A program made the translations under genes and the position numbers. A model generated the notes under the pieces. The model did not search any database. It was not told the DNA's origin and saw nothing but the letters and a program-made list of their open reading frames with translations. A stretch of 64,000 nt of DNA from the human T2T-CHM13v2.0 reference genome, Homo sapiens: NCBI RefSeq assembly GCF_009914755.1, contig NC_060931.1; one strand, written 5' to 3'. This document shows, piece by piece, positions 1 through 15,228 of the stretch. Positions within the stretch are counted from its first letter, which is position 1. The number at the start of each line of letters is the position of its first letter.

Positions 1-145
1 CATCCCAGGAGGGCTTCAGGGAACAGATGGGCTTTGGGCCAGGCTTAAAGGATGGGCAGAATGCAGAGTGGGAGGGGTGGGCACCCCACTGCATTCCAGG
101 GGGTGCTGACCATCAGCAATGACATGGCACTCAAAATAGAGTTTG

Positions 146-448
146 GGCTAAGCACGGTGGCTCATGCCTGTAATCCCAGTGCTTTGGGAGGCTGAGATGG
201 GAGGACTGCTAGAGCCCAGGTGTTCGAGAGCAGCCGGGGCAACACAGTGAGACCTCATCTCTATAAAAAATTTAAAAATTAGCCAGGTATGCTGGTGTGT
301 GCCTGTAGTTCCAGCTACTCAGAAAGCTGAGGTGGGAGGATCACTTGAGCCCAGGAGGTCAAGGCTGCAGTAAGCTATAATCGTGCCACTGCATTCCAGC
401 CTAGAAATGCAGAGCAAGACCCCAGCTCTTTAAATAAATAAATAAAAA
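146..448 (+). mobile_element. Alu (old, AluJ-like)
   Basis: Dimeric Alu with (TAAA)n tail. Confidence 0.9.
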
Positions 449-1112
449 GGTACCACTTCGGGGAAATTGCAGACTCTAAGCTTAAACTCTACTGGCTTGA
501 TACACATGGCAAAACACTTGGTCAGGATTTGCAGTAGAATATCAAAGAACTCACAGGGCAGAGGAAAGCTTCAAATATTATGAATGAGGGAAAATTTCCA
601 TTCATCTCATAATTCATACTAGAGAGACTCCCAGTGAATGGCACCAGTGGAGGAAAATCCTCAGACGGAGGCGAGCTGTTATTGGAGATGCGAAAATCAC
701 AGGGGAGGACAAAGCATAGAAGCGCGTGGAACCATGTAACAGCTTGCACCTGAAAGCATCACACGGGAGAGAAGTTGCATCCTCAATGAATGGCGTTCCA
801 AAAAAGTGCAACCACATCAAGCATCAGACAAGCCATTCTGAGCTCAGTCTTTGCAATGTAATGAATTGGGGGTGGTAATCATTTGAGAAGAAATCAGCCC
901 TTACTCATCAGCCAATGGTTCCGACTGGAGAGAGGGCGGGTGCTCATCGTGGATGATGAAGCTCTCGGGGTGCTCCGATCACATATAACAAAGGAGGCTG
1001 CAGAAGGGGCCTGAGGAGGGCTGTCAGGGGGTCCTAAGGGTACACGTGACATAAAACGTTCACAAGAGGAAAACATTTCAGATGAAAGGGGCGAACTTAG
1101 AAAGTGATTTCG

Positions 1113-1270
1113 GGCCGGGCACAGTGGCTTGCACCTGTAATCCCAGCACTTTGGGAGGCTGAGGTGGGGCAGGGGGAGGGGAATCACTTGAGGCCAGGAG
1201 TTCAAGACAAACCTTAGCAACATAGCAAGACCCCATCTCTACCAAAAATAAAAAATAAATCCATAAAAAA
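1113..1270 (+). mobile_element. Alu left monomer (FLAM-like)
   Basis: ggccgggcacagtggc...ccccatctctacc plus A-rich tail; no right arm. Confidence 0.8.
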
Positions 1271-1481
1271 TTTTTAAAAGCTTTTTTTGGAACTTGTCCT
1301 CTTAGAACCAGGAATGGCTGTGGGGAACGCAGATACCCTTCAGAGGAGTTTGCTCAGAGGACACAATTGTGCACGTGTGATCCTTGGGGCGACTTGCAGG
1401 GGTACCCTTATGCCATGCACAAGAATCCAGCCCAGCAGTTCTCAAAGTTTCCTTTTCCCACAGAGCTATACATTTTCTTTA

Positions 1482-2101
<620 letters not shown>

Positions 2102-3261
2102 GGAGGCTGGTGGCCACTGGGGAACATGCCCCAGAGGATACTGTGATGGCTGCTTCATGCATTCCTTCATTCTTTTCATGTCTTTGGAGCATCTATTCCA
2201 TGCCTGGCACTTCTCTTTGTCAGGGGATAGAGGAAAGGGCAACCTTGGGAAGGACAGAGGTGGATCAGGAAGTAGCGGCTGCTACTTGAGATTTTTTTTT
2301 AATGTATATGTAGGTACATACCCTAATTATAAAATATATGTGGTCCTATTTTTCTTCAGTGACAATTTTACTTCTGTTTACTTCTATCTAGTATAGTAAC
2401 CATGTAACACAATTTGTTCAGGGTCCTTTTATAGCTGCTGGGAAGCTTTGCCATGAAAATTGCACCAAAATATAAGTATAGGCAGGGAAGCTAGTTTTAG
2501 GTATATCAGCCATTGGTTTGTTATGGGCTCAAAGAAGGATAGGTAGTTGAAAATTATTTGGATGTCTGTATTCTGTTTAGAATTTGGAGTGGTTTTGGAC
2601 ATGATAATTTAATTTGAACTAGGTCATTCCTGATGTTATTAATAGGTTGTCTTCTTTAGTTTTCTGCATTCTTATTAATTCTTGATTTCTAGGGTGTGTT
2701 TTCTCCCTGTGTCCTCCCCTAATCTTATACCTGCTTCTCCTCAGTTTGTGTGTATGCACATGTACATGCAAGGATTTTTCTGATGAATGTGCAGGGGGCA
2801 GTGTTGTACTTAGTTTTACTTTACTTTTGCCAGATTCTACTAAAAATTTTAGCTGAATTTAGCCCTGTTTATTCAACTAAATAAGATACTTGGAGATTTA
2901 TATCTAAAGGAAGAATCTCAGTCATTGTAAATAAATGACCTAAAGTCATTATTCTGGAAATCAACCAGAGAAATTCCTTTCTGGAGTTTTACATCTCTTT
3001 TGGAACTCTTTTGATATGATAGCTGTATGACTTCAACACTTCTGAAGTAAATGGATTTGGTGTTTATATATCAACTTTACAGTTTTTAAAAAAAAAGACC
3101 AGCATAATACTTTAACTTTAGATTACAACTTTGCATCATTAAAAAAACAGTAAAGGATGTGGAAACAAGGAGCCATATAGGAATCTAAGAAGCATGTAAT
3201 AAACATAAGACTAATGTACTAATTATGTATGGTGCTCTTTTGCTGACTACTTCCATTTTAG

Positions 3262-3350
3262 ATAAAGAAATCCAAGAACATAACGTTAAAATACATGAAT
3301 TTCCAGAAACAGATGATGAAGAAGAAAAAAAACTTGTTAAAAAGATAAAG
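3262..3350 (+). pseudogene. SEPT7 exon 8 equivalent, 4-bp deletion (frameshift)
   Basis: ttttag|ATAAAGAAATCC...AAGATAAAG|gtaggt. 89 bp versus the 93 bp needed for IMKEIQEH...KKIK. Confidence 0.93.
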
Positions 3351-3717
3351 GTAGGTTCATCCCTGTACATACACTAAAGTAATCTGAGGCCTTAAAAACA
3401 TACTACAGCGTCCACAGGAAAGATCAAAAGTATCAGTGTTTTAAGTAGTTGGCTTACAAAATACCTAGGGAGATTTAATGTTGAATTCAACTTTATAGTT
3501 AACTTTGAAGATTAGCTAGTAGATATAATAAGCAATTGTGTAAACTACTGAGGTGAATAACACAATCCTTATTTCAAATTGTTTTTAATTAACTGGCTTT
3601 CATATTATATAATTTTTTCCCTCTTAAGAAACAAGTGATGAGAAAGGAGAGAATTCCTTCTGTTATGTTTTAATTGCCAGACAAAAATTGTATTTCTTTT
3701 ATCTTTATAAAAGCCAA

Positions 3718-3985
3718 CAAAAATTACAGCTAGATAGGAGGAATAAGTTCTAGCGTTCTGTAGCATTGTAGGGTGGCTGTAGTTAACAGTAATTTAGTCT
3801 ATATTTTCAAATAGCTAGAAGAGAGGATTATGAATGTTCCCAATACAGAAAAATAAGTGTGAGTTGATAAATGTGCTAATTACCCTAATTTGATCATTAC
3901 ATATTTGTATACAGGTATCAGAATACCATACTCTACCCCACAAATATGTACAATTATGTTTCAATTAAAAATAATAAAAACCAAC
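3718..3985 (+). mobile_element. L1MA-type 3' end fragment
   Basis: tagataggaggaataagttctag...atagctagaagagagga...gatcattac motifs and an A-rich end. Confidence 0.7.
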
Positions 3986-4666
3986 CAAAAATTCACATCA
4001 ACACAATTTTCTGTATTTTAATTTATTGTGGTTTTCTAAGTACTTTGTCCCTGAAAATGGTATACTGAATAATGGCATTATGTAGGCAAATACCTTGGAA
4101 TAATGAAATGCTTATACCTCGCCAGTGAAGAATTTCTGCAGTTATATAAAATAGCTGGTTAGATATTTCCGGGAGCCACAGAATTGTGAAGGGCTATACA
4201 TGGATGAATACAAATCCAGTCACCTGGATTTGAAGTTCCAAAGTTAGAGCTTAGCAAATATACTATTCCCTGCTTTAGGTACTGTTACAGTTGGTTTGTG
4301 ATCAAGTAGTCAGGCTAGTCATTAGCCTCCTTTTATTTTCCCAGATGCTAATATATTTTTTACCTTTTTCCCCCCAAGTATGGGACAACTTTCTGTAGTG
4401 ATTTTTAGTAAATAATTTGACCAGTATATGCTTGAATATTCTTAACTTTAAAGAGAATATTTAATTTTATTTATTATTTACCTTGGTGGTAATATCATGT
4501 GATGTCAATTTACTAAATATTGGTTAAATGGCCTATAAAAGCTAATGCAGAAACTATCAAAAGTAATTTTTTTTTGGCTAATCTGTTGAGTCATGTAACT
4601 TTTTTTATTCTTGAAATTTGTGAATACTATAGAGATGTATTTGAACAAGAATACTTTGTTTTATAG

Positions 4667-4763
4667 GACCATTTACCTCTTGCTGTGGTGGGTAGTAATA
4701 CTATCATTGAAGTTAATGGCAAAAGGGTCATAGGAAGGTAGTATCCTTGGAGTGTTGCTGAAG
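4667..4763 (+). pseudogene. SEPT7 exon 9 equivalent with premature stop
   Basis: tatag|GAC CAT TTA CCT...GCT GAA G|gtaagg. Reads [31 protein letters not shown]; TAG at 4739-4741 replaces Gln. Confidence 0.95.
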
Positions 4764-4998
4764 GTAAGGTTTTCTTCAGTGAATGAGTTTCTATAAGATC
4801 TCAAAACTGTGATTAAAAATTTGTATTTATAGTAAGGAGTATAATATGCATACTGTATTGATATAATCTAGATTTCAAGGATAGTACTGATTTCAGGTTC
4901 TTGTAGTCTCATTTTCCTCTTAAATACATTCATGGTTTTCAAACCTGTATCCTACTAAGTCAGGCAAGTATGTGTTAAGTCCTAAAGTTGTAGTATAG

Positions 4999-5310
<312 letters not shown>

Positions 5311-5538
5311 TAGGTTGAATATTCTTAAAGAGAAAATTCAAAATATGAATTGCTCCAAAATCTAAAACGTTTTGAGCACCGGCATGCCACTCAAAGGAAA
5401 TGCTCAGTGGAGCATTTTGAATTTTGGATTTTTGGATTAAGGATGCTCAGCCAGTAAGTATAACACAGATATTCCAGAATTCCAAAAAAATTCAAAACAC
5501 TTCTGGTCCCAAGCATTTCAAATAAGGGATACTCAACT
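5311..5538. mobile_element. Tigger4a/MER46-like DNA transposon
   Basis: tgctccaaaatc...aaggaaatgctcagtggagcattt...cacttctggtcccaagcattt...gggatactcaac. Confidence 0.75.
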
Positions 5539-6104
5539 TTCCCCACCCTGGCTGGCATCCCTGCCTCCTTATTAAGTCTATTTCTGTGTTCTTATTTGAA
5601 AACATAACTAAAATTGAGGGGTTCTTTACCTGGGGCCCTAAGTTTGCTCCCAGGGAATCTAATGAACCTCCTGGAATTAAACATTTTGGAGAGAAGGCCA
5701 GTCACTTTTATCGGAATGTCAGATGGGTCATGGACCCTCAAGAATTATTTTAAAAATGTATAAGCCCAGTTAAAACATTCACAGTCTCCTTTCCTCAGTG
5801 CAAAAGTTGCCTTTTTTGACATCGCATATTTAGAGTAAAAAAATTTCATTAGTAAAAGATACTCTTTACTAGTTTTGTAAGGAGTTTTTTGTTTTTTAAC
5901 CTGCTATCTTAAATTATTAAGGGTTAAGTAAGGGGTTTTAAATACCAAAAAAATCTTATTTATAACACCAAACCTCAGAAGTCCTTCCTCTTGGCAATAG
6001 GTTTATTGTATTGGTTTAATCTGATATTTAATCTTCTGTATTATAGTAAGCTGAAACCAAAATTGAGACATGATTGTTTTATGTTTGTTGCTATTATTTT
6101 TGAA

Positions 6105-6135
<31 letters not shown>

Positions 6136-6249
6136 GACGAGGTCTTGCTATGTTGCCCACCTGGCCTCAAACTCCTGAGCTCAAAGTGATCCTCCCAAGT
6201 CATGCTCCTCCCACATCACATCACTATAGGCACACACCACTGCCCTTGG
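6105..6249 (-). mobile_element. Alu monomer (FLAM-like)
   Basis: Poly-T plus reverse left arm. Confidence 0.75.
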
Positions 6250-6948
6250 TTTATTTTGAACAATTCTTTAATTTTTAGGATATTGTTTCAAGTTACTGTC
6301 CTTATTGACAATTTTCCCGCCAGTGACCCCTGTACCTTGTTCCCAGCTCTCTCTGTCATGCCCAGGCAACTTTCAGTTGCTGAGTTGAGGCTTTAGAACT
6401 TACATACCCCTTAAAAATAGGCACCAGAGAAATTGATTTGCATCTCTCTTTTGTAGTTTACCCCTCTACTCCCAAGTAATATTCCTGTTTGTGATACATT
6501 CTTTAAAAATAAAAGTAAAGAATCTTAAAGTTCTTGGCTCCCTTTTTCATTTTGGTTACCTTAAGATTTTTTTCTAAAGTGATTCTCCCTTCACTTACAC
6601 CACTGAATTTTTTAAATGTATTATATAATAAATATATTTTTTACCAATAATGAGAAAATACGTGATTTCCCCTTTCAAAATTTCAAAGTTGTTTCCGGAG
6701 AGCTCATTTTAGTTAGGTTGACATATCTGTTTCTGAGGATTAAACTACAGTAAGGTAATAATATAGTACACTTCTCTGTCATGCCCTTACACTGAGTACT
6801 ATGTTAGTGTTAAATCTCAAAAAAATTGATCTGAGCTGTTTTGCATTTCCCCTCCCTTTTTTTTACCCCCCAAGTTACTGTGAAATATTTTTTGAAAAGA
6901 CTAGGCTTAGTGAAAATATAATATTTGTGGTCTATTTTTTTCTTACAG

Positions 6949-7000
6949 TTGAAAATGGTGAACATTGTGATTTTACAGTTCTAAGAAATATGTTGATAAG
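6949..7000 (+). pseudogene. SEPT7 exon 10 equivalent
   Basis: ttacag|TT GAA AAT GGT GAA CAT TGT...ATA AG|gtaagt. 52 bp; ENGEHCDFTVLRNMLI. Confidence 0.95.
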
Positions 7001-8505
7001 GTAAGTGCAAGCAATGATGGAAATAGCATAAGATTTTCTTTCCCTAAATAAGAGTTGGATAGATTTACTTTTTGCCTTCTATAAATGTAGCTAATTTAAA
7101 TTTATATCTTCAGTCTAGTAATGAAGTAAGCACTACAGGTAGACGATTCTTTCTCCAAGGTTTTGAAGTCATCAGCAAAAGTTACAAAATAATTTGTGTG
7201 TCTAGGGATACATAGGAAAATTAGTCTCTTTGCTTTATCGTTATACTTTGTGTTGAGGTTTAATACTGAAATAACTATGGAAAGTGAAATAGAAGAGGCT
7301 CTTTTTCTTTCTTAATGTGAAAAACTTGTGAAAACTGTATAAGGGAAGGCTAGTTTTTGAGTCAAAAGCTAGAATTTGAATGTTAAAAGGTGCACAACCT
7401 GGTAGCTGGTGAGTAGGGCATATTTTATGTACTGGAACATAGTGAACAAAACCATTCTTCCTATCAGATGAGAAAAAAAAAATCCCTACATTGTGTCTTG
7501 CACACCTGCTGAAAGAGAAGGAAAGCCTATGGGAGCAGGACATTGAGGCCATCCCGATTAGAGGACCAGGACTAGTAAAGAGGAGCTCTTACTAATGAAT
7601 TAGAAAAGCAGCAGCAGAGAGGAAATCATGAAGAAAAAGTATAATAGGACTAGAGATGTTAGTAGACAAGGAACAGAAAGGGCATCAAAATGATCCTCAG
7701 TGTTTTCATATTGAGACACATTCCTTCCTCTCCCTACCTCACTCCCCATTTCCCACTTCTCTCTCTTGCTTCTCTATGCCTTTACCACATACTCTCTTCA
7801 ACCTCCAGTTTTAGATGTCTGTCTTAAGTTGATATCTATTCATTTTCGTACCTCTTACCCACTTTCCCAAAACGCAAGAATCTCTTTAGCTATGTAAAGA
7901 AAGGTAGTAACATAAATATGGATAATAATTGGAAATCATGGAATAACAAGAAGGTAATTCTCACAAGTGAGAAGTGAGGGGGAAAATTTAAGAGAGTCAA
8001 ACTGCTACCTCAAGAAATACAATAGAGATGAGAGTGAATTTTGAAATGAAAGAAATTGACATGTAATTGATCTTTATTTTCAAAGGAGCAGGTGTTTTTG
8101 GTAGGAACTGCATGACAGGGTTGATTGAGCAGTTGGGGTTGCCAGGCCTCAATTAGGGGAGAAGAGCAAAAGCACGAGAAGGTCATCCTCTGGGTTTTGA
8201 GAATACAACACTTCAGGCTCTATTATGAACCATTCCCTTCCTCTTCCATTCTTAAGGTGTGACTTCAAAAGGATACATATTAATAATATAATCTGCTGTG
8301 ACAGTATATAAGTAGAGAATGTTTAATAAATACTAATTACCATTGCATTCCTCTTATTTTTAAATCTTCTATGGTACTTGCCCAGTGCTTGACATGGTGG
8401 CATTCTATAACTTTTTCTTGTGTATTTTAAAAGTATACAATCAATAATTTCCTACATACCTAAAACACTGTAGAGGGGAAAGCTAGTTACTAAGCCAGAG
8501 GCTAC

Positions 8506-8809
<304 letters not shown>

Positions 8810-9680
8810 TGAATATTTGAAAGTTCACAGCCTGGCAGCTAGTGAGGGTCCTCCCTAGTATAAGCATTACAGAGCAAATTGACCATGCCTGCAGGAAGAT
8901 TTAATACAGCAGAGCAGCAAGCCTTTTATGCCTAAAAATTCTAAAGTTATACATTATTAGAAAGATGTATATTTAATTTAGCTCATGTCTTTAAGACAAA
9001 GGCGTTTACTGGATATTTAGTAAGTACCTGAAGGAAGGAAATACAATATCAGTATTGCAGATGTCTGTAAATCCCAAGTAATTGAAATCTTCAGGTCAAA
9101 GGAGTAGTGATTGCTTCTAAGAAAGAGTCAAGTTCAAAGAAGTGTTTGCTAATCAAGAGAACTGACTTACTCCAGGCAAACCAAAGAAGGCAATGGAAAG
9201 GAGGAAAACTATACAAATATTTTCAGGGTGTGGAGATGGGTGTTTCAGAAATCAAATACGGAAAGAAAACAAAAGGAGAACAGAAAGAGTTATGGTACAG
9301 CAATGGGAAATGGAAGAGACAAATTCCTGAAACTGTGGGGAAACTGTATTGCTAATTACCAAATTATTTTGAGAATGGAGGAGTGGGTTGAATCATAAAA
9401 GGTTAAAGCATATTTAATTAAATGGAAATAAAGACATATAACCTGAAAAAATCAGAATTATGTAGTCATATAGAAGTGAAAGTGATTTTAGTGAAAGGAA
9501 AATCATCCATTATCTAAAACATTAGATGACACTAACAAAAATAGCTTAACAATTAGTAAATTCACCTTACCTTTATTTTACACATTCATGCAAACATTTC
9601 ATGTAAGTATTCTTCCTTAGAACCTTTAATGATTTTTCAGTGATGTAGTGATGATATGTAATATGTAATAATTAAAATTA

Positions 9681-10040
<360 letters not shown>

Positions 10041-10692
10041 TTAGAGAAACTGGTAACAATAATTTATTCCAAAAAGTGTTTATCATATCTTAGCTTCAAT
10101 CTTGAGTTACCAATTTTGTTAAAATTCCTATTTTCTGCTATCTGCATTGGGACACAAAAGGTAATGGTGTGTTCCTTGTAAAGGGGGACTTATAGTTGAA
10201 GAGGTATGATGTCACCTGTGACATATACTTGTACCAAAAATGAATGACAACCAAGAAGAAAATGTTCATGGTTGGAATGCTTTGATGTCAAGGCTGGGAC
10301 AAAGGTTTCCAAAGCAGTTGAACTCTTTGACGAGAGATTGACAAATTAGCATGAACTGTTCAGTGTCAATCACCAGATATGCCAGGAGTAGGGAGCTGTC
10401 TGACTTGCCCGAAGTGGAGTAGTAGAGCTTTAGAAGTAACTGTTGTGGCTATAAGAGAACATGAATTTATCAAGGGACAAAGTCTGGGAGATGAGATTTT
10501 TGGAAAACTCAGACTTAGGACTAAGGGGAGTCAACTATCAGAGAATTGCATGGAAATGTCAGTACGATATGAATCAGAGTAATTGAATATCACATTTTAT
10601 TCCCAAAGGGGGAGATTCAAGAAGCTGGATTGTGAAGTAACAGTAAAGGTTTTCTGGATGTAAGGAATGATAAAAACAGTACAACAATACGC

Positions 10693-10984
10693 TTTTTTTT
10701 TTGAGACGGAGTCTCACTCTTGTACCCAGGATGGAGTGCAATGCACGATCTTGGCTCACTGCAACCTCCATCTCCTGGGTTCAAGCGATTCTCCTGCCTC
10801 AGCCTCCCAAGTAGCTGAGATTACAGGTGTCTGCCGCCACGCCTGGCTGATTTTTGTATTTTTAGTAGAGATGGGGTTCCACCATGTTGGCCAGCCTGGT
10901 CTCAAACTCCTTGAGCTCAGGCAATCCACCTACCTCGGCCTCCCAAAGTTCTGTGATTACAGGCATGAGCCACCACACCCAGCC
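10693..10984 (-). mobile_element. Alu
   Basis: Reverse Alu; TSD aacaatac. Confidence 0.92.
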
Positions 10985-11635
10985 AACAATACACCTTTAT
11001 GTTTGTCTCCCAGAAGGGAGTTTTAGTAAAGTGGTGAAGATGAATGATGGCAGATATAGGAAGTTTGAGACAGAATAGATGATGGGAAGAGGGAGAACTG
11101 ACAATACAGAGTATTGCCACACCGTGTATATCCAAGAACACTACATTGGTAAAGGATATCCATGGAGCAGCTAAGGGTATCTTCAGTGTCTTGAATAATT
11201 AAATAATGATGACATCATCCTGTATTTATTGTAGATTTATCTCATATGTATTGATTTTATATATGATGGAAATGCTGTAAGCAAAAATTTGTTTAACCAA
11301 AATACCACATTCACCTAGACAGTTTGAAGAAACAGAAATTTACTCTAAAATTCCCTAGTTTGAAAACAACTTGATATGTCATCTGAAATGTATTATTATG
11401 TCTTAATAAAAACTCATATATTACCTTAGTAATATTGCTAAAAGGCAGTTACTTTTAGATTTTATGAGCTTCAGTAGTAGCTAATCTACACTCTCTTGTC
11501 TAGTATTTAAATAGATAATACAAAAATGAATACTCTTTCATAGAAAGGTCATCCTTCAGTAACTGCTTTGGGAGATTTGTGTTTTTTTTTTTTCTTTTTT
11601 GAGGATTCATTTTCTTTATTTAAAAAAATGTTTTT

Positions 11636-11955
11636 GGCCGGTCGCGGTGGCTCACGCCTGTAATCCCAGCACTTTGGGACGCCGAGGCGGGTGGATCACA
11701 AGGTCAAGAGATTGAGACCATTCTGGCCAACGTGGTGAAACCCTGTCTCTACTAAAAATAAAAAAATTAGCCGGGCGTGGTGACACGTGCCTGTAGTCCC
11801 ACCTACTCAGGAGGCCGAGGCAGGAAATCGCTTGAACCCAGGTGGCGGAGGTTGCAGTGAGCCAAGATTGCGCCACTGCACTCCAGCCTGGCGACAGAGG
11901 GACAGAGGGAGACTCCGTCTCAAAAAAAAAAAAAAAAAAAAAAAAAAACAAACAG
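11636..11955 (+). mobile_element. Alu (AluSc-like)
   Basis: Dimeric Alu with long poly(A); TSD aaaaaaatgtttt. Confidence 0.92.
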
Positions 11956-13777
11956 AAAAAAAATGTTTTCCCTTATGTTATTTTAGGAATCAAGCAACAT
12001 GGGACGTGTTGAGGAGACAGCACAATCGGGCAGGGAGGAGGGTTGAAGAGCAGATAGGCTCTCTGGGAAAGCGGAGGACAGGGACGGGGAGAGAGGGTGG
12101 GATGGAGAGGGCATCCGAGGGGAGACGGTCAGAGGTCGACTGCTGTCTCAGGCCCTTTTTCAAAGTCATCCCAGCTCTTTGAAAGGGGCTCATTTGCCAT
12201 TTAAGAGCTGTTGATGTTTCTTTAAAAATGAATCTGAGGGTGTGTGGCTGGGCAGCAGGCACCAGCACCAAGAGGAGGACAAACAAGGTCCCTGGGCTGA
12301 GGATCCCACCGTGGGCAAAGCCTGTAGTGCAGAGAAGTGGCGGGAAACTTAGGGCTCCAAGAGGCAGACCTACAGGGAGCTGGCCATTTGCACCCACCCT
12401 TCCTATCCTAGGCAAAAGAGAGAGCGAGCTGAGGAAAAGTTAGAACTAGGCTTCTTTAAAGTAACAGATTAAGCACTATTTAATTTCTGCTCTAGACCTC
12501 AAAGGAGTTAAACCAGGCGACTTCCACCAGATTTTCTTGATTCTGTGTTTATTCCATGAGAAGCTGTGGGCTCGATCCTGTACAAGTTCTAGAACTTCGT
12601 GGAACCTGCAGAACCTATATGGGCAATTGAAGTGAGTGGAGAAACCAGGAATCTCAAAATATCTCAATATAAAGACACCACTCCTTCCCCTCTCTTCACT
12701 GCTCCCGCAAAAGCAGGTCCTCCACGCCACTGCTGCCTACCCAGACCGCTGCACTCTCACTAATGAGGCCATTTCTTTCTTGACTTCGCTGTGCTCTTGG
12801 CCCAGTGACAACAATCAGAAATAATCCGGCGCGATCAAGCCCATGCTACCCTGGACAGGGAGTAATATTTCCATCCAAGGCCTCCCTAGTGGCTTTCCCT
12901 CTCTGAGCAGCGGGGACATGGAGCAGCTGTCAAAACGCCAAGGGAGGCCCAGGAAAGATGCTCATCTCCGGGGAGGAGCGGAGGGGACAGCCAGCATGTC
13001 TTCAGCCAGGAAGGGGGATGACAGCACAGGGCAGCCTGTGGGGGGCATGGCGGGGTGAGAAATCTTCCTGTGGCTGTGGAAATCTTGATAAGGTGGCGAA
13101 TGTGTTGTATAGTGGCATCCTGAGGGCTGCCTGCCCTCCCAGGCACCCAGGGCAGGCAGGCAAGCTGCACGCTGTCATCGCCTAAGTCAGAGGCATTGGG
13201 CACGCTTAATTACAGGGGAAGCAGAATCTGACTGCACTTTCTGTGCCAGCTGCTGAGTTCGTTTGCATCGTCATTTTTTTTTCCTTTTTCATACCTCAAT
13301 GGAATAAATCTGAAAGATGTTTAGAGCTAGATTTTCACCAGCAGGTCTTCAGAAATGAATACAGGGATGAGGAATTTCATCCATTTATCCTTGCGTTGGC
13401 TGAGCAAATATTTATTAAGTGCCTGTTTTATCCAGGTACTGTGCTTGGTGCTAGGGGGGTTCTCAGATTTGTTTTCTAAGGTGAAACAATAGGAATTTGG
13501 AGCCACCGATATTTTCCATGCTCATCACAAGGGAGAGGGGAGCTATAATATTTGGACATCACAATGAGGTAAACTGGAAGTAATCAGCCCAGAAGACACT
13601 GCCTGGTTCCTGGAAGGTGAAGATTGAGATGCAGGCTCATAGGTGGGAAGCTCTGCCTTAGATCTGGGCATTGTGATATTTCCATTAATGAGGCATAAGG
13701 TGGAAAGGTGGTGCCTGTCATCTGGGCTTGACAATCTCCTCAGTGCCCTAGAAGAAAGTCTTCCCTCCTATGGCGAT

Positions 13778-14868
13778 TTCTCTTTCTCTTTCTTTTTTTC
13801 TTTTTCTTTTAAATTATACTTTAAGTTCTAGCGTACATGTGCACAACATGCAGGTTTGATCCATAGGTATATGTGTGCCATGTTGGTTTGCTGTACCCAT
13901 CAACTCATTATTTACATTAGATATTTCTCCTAATGCTATCCTTCCCCCAGCCCTCCACCCCCTGACAGGCCCCAGTGTGTGATGTTCCCTGCCCTGTGTC
14001 CAAGTGATCTTATTGTTCAGTTCTCACCTATGAGTAAGAAGATGTGATGTTTGGTTTTCTGTCCTTGTGATAGTTTGCTGAGAATGATGGTTTCCAGCTT
14101 CATCTATGTCCCTGCAAAGGACATGAATTCATCCTTTTTTATGGCTGCATAGTATTCCATGGCGTATATGTGCCACATTTTCTTAATCCAGTCTATTGCT
14201 GTTGAACATTTGGGTTGGTTCCAAGTCTTTGCTATTGTGAGTAGTGCTGCAATAAACATACGTGTGCATGTGTCTTTACAGCAGCGTGATTTATAATCCT
14301 TTGGGTATATACCCAGTAATGGGATTGCTGGGTCAAATGGTATTTCTAGTTCTAGATTCTTGCAGAATCGCCACACTGTCTCAATGGTTGAACTAATTTA
14401 CGCTCCCACCAACAGTGTAAAAGTGTTCCTATTTCTCCACATCCTCTCCAGCATCTGTTGTTTCCTGACTTTTTAATGATCGCCATTCTAACTGACGTGA
14501 GATGGTATCTCATTGTGTTTTGATTTGCATTTCCCTGCTGACCAGTGATGGTGAGCATTTTTTCATGTGTCTGTTGGCTGCACAGATGTCTTCTTTTGAG
14601 AAGTGTCTGTTCATGTCCTTTGCCCATTTTTTGATGGGGTTGTTTGTTTTTTTCTTGTAAATTTGTTTGAGTTCTTTGTAGATTCTGGATATTAGCCCTT
14701 TGTCAAATGGGTAGATTGCAAAAATTTTCTCCCATTTTGTAGGTTGCCTGTTCACTCTGATGGTAGTTTCTTTTGCCGTGCAGAAGCTCTTTAGTTTAAT
14801 TAGATCCCATTTGTCTATTTTGGCTTTTGTTGCCATTGCTTTTGTTGTTTTAGTCATGAAATCCTTGC
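13778..14868 (-). mobile_element. 5'-truncated L1PA (ORF2 3' end plus 3' UTR)
   Basis: ORF2 peptides [19 protein letters not shown] and PFDPAIPLLGIYPKDYKS, L1 3' terminus ctagaacttaaagtata, degenerate A tail. Confidence 0.95.
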
Positions 14869-15104
14869 TATGGGTCTTAAAATCTCTATGGAATCTAAAT
14901 TTGGTGTCAAGTTAGCTTATTTTTTATTCTACTTTGGGTGTAAATGAAAACAGATGAATGCCACCTTCCTTAACAATAGTCTTTTGTTCATTTTAAATCT
15001 GAAATTTTTGTTTTGGTAACATTTTGAATGTATATTAAAGCTTTTTTCAGCTTCCCCCCCCCAGCTATTAATAGAAACAAACTCTTGCTGTTTATTTATG
15101 ACAG

Positions 15105-15228
15105 AACACACGCAGGACTTGAAAGATGTTACTAATAATGTCCACTACGAGAACTATGGAATCAGAAAACTGGCAGCTGTGACTTATCATGGAGTTGATA
15201 ACAAGAAGAATAAAGGGCAGTTTGCTAA
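15105..15228 (+). pseudogene. SEPT7 exon 11 equivalent, 2-bp deletion (frameshift)
   Basis: gacag|AACACACGCAGGAC...GCTAA|gtaagt. The Met codon of THMQD is disrupted. 124 bp; [38 protein letters not shown]. Confidence 0.93.

Noticed and set aside
14104-14857. ORFs of 90-115 aa as genes
   Set aside because: They are broken L1 ORF2 fragments.
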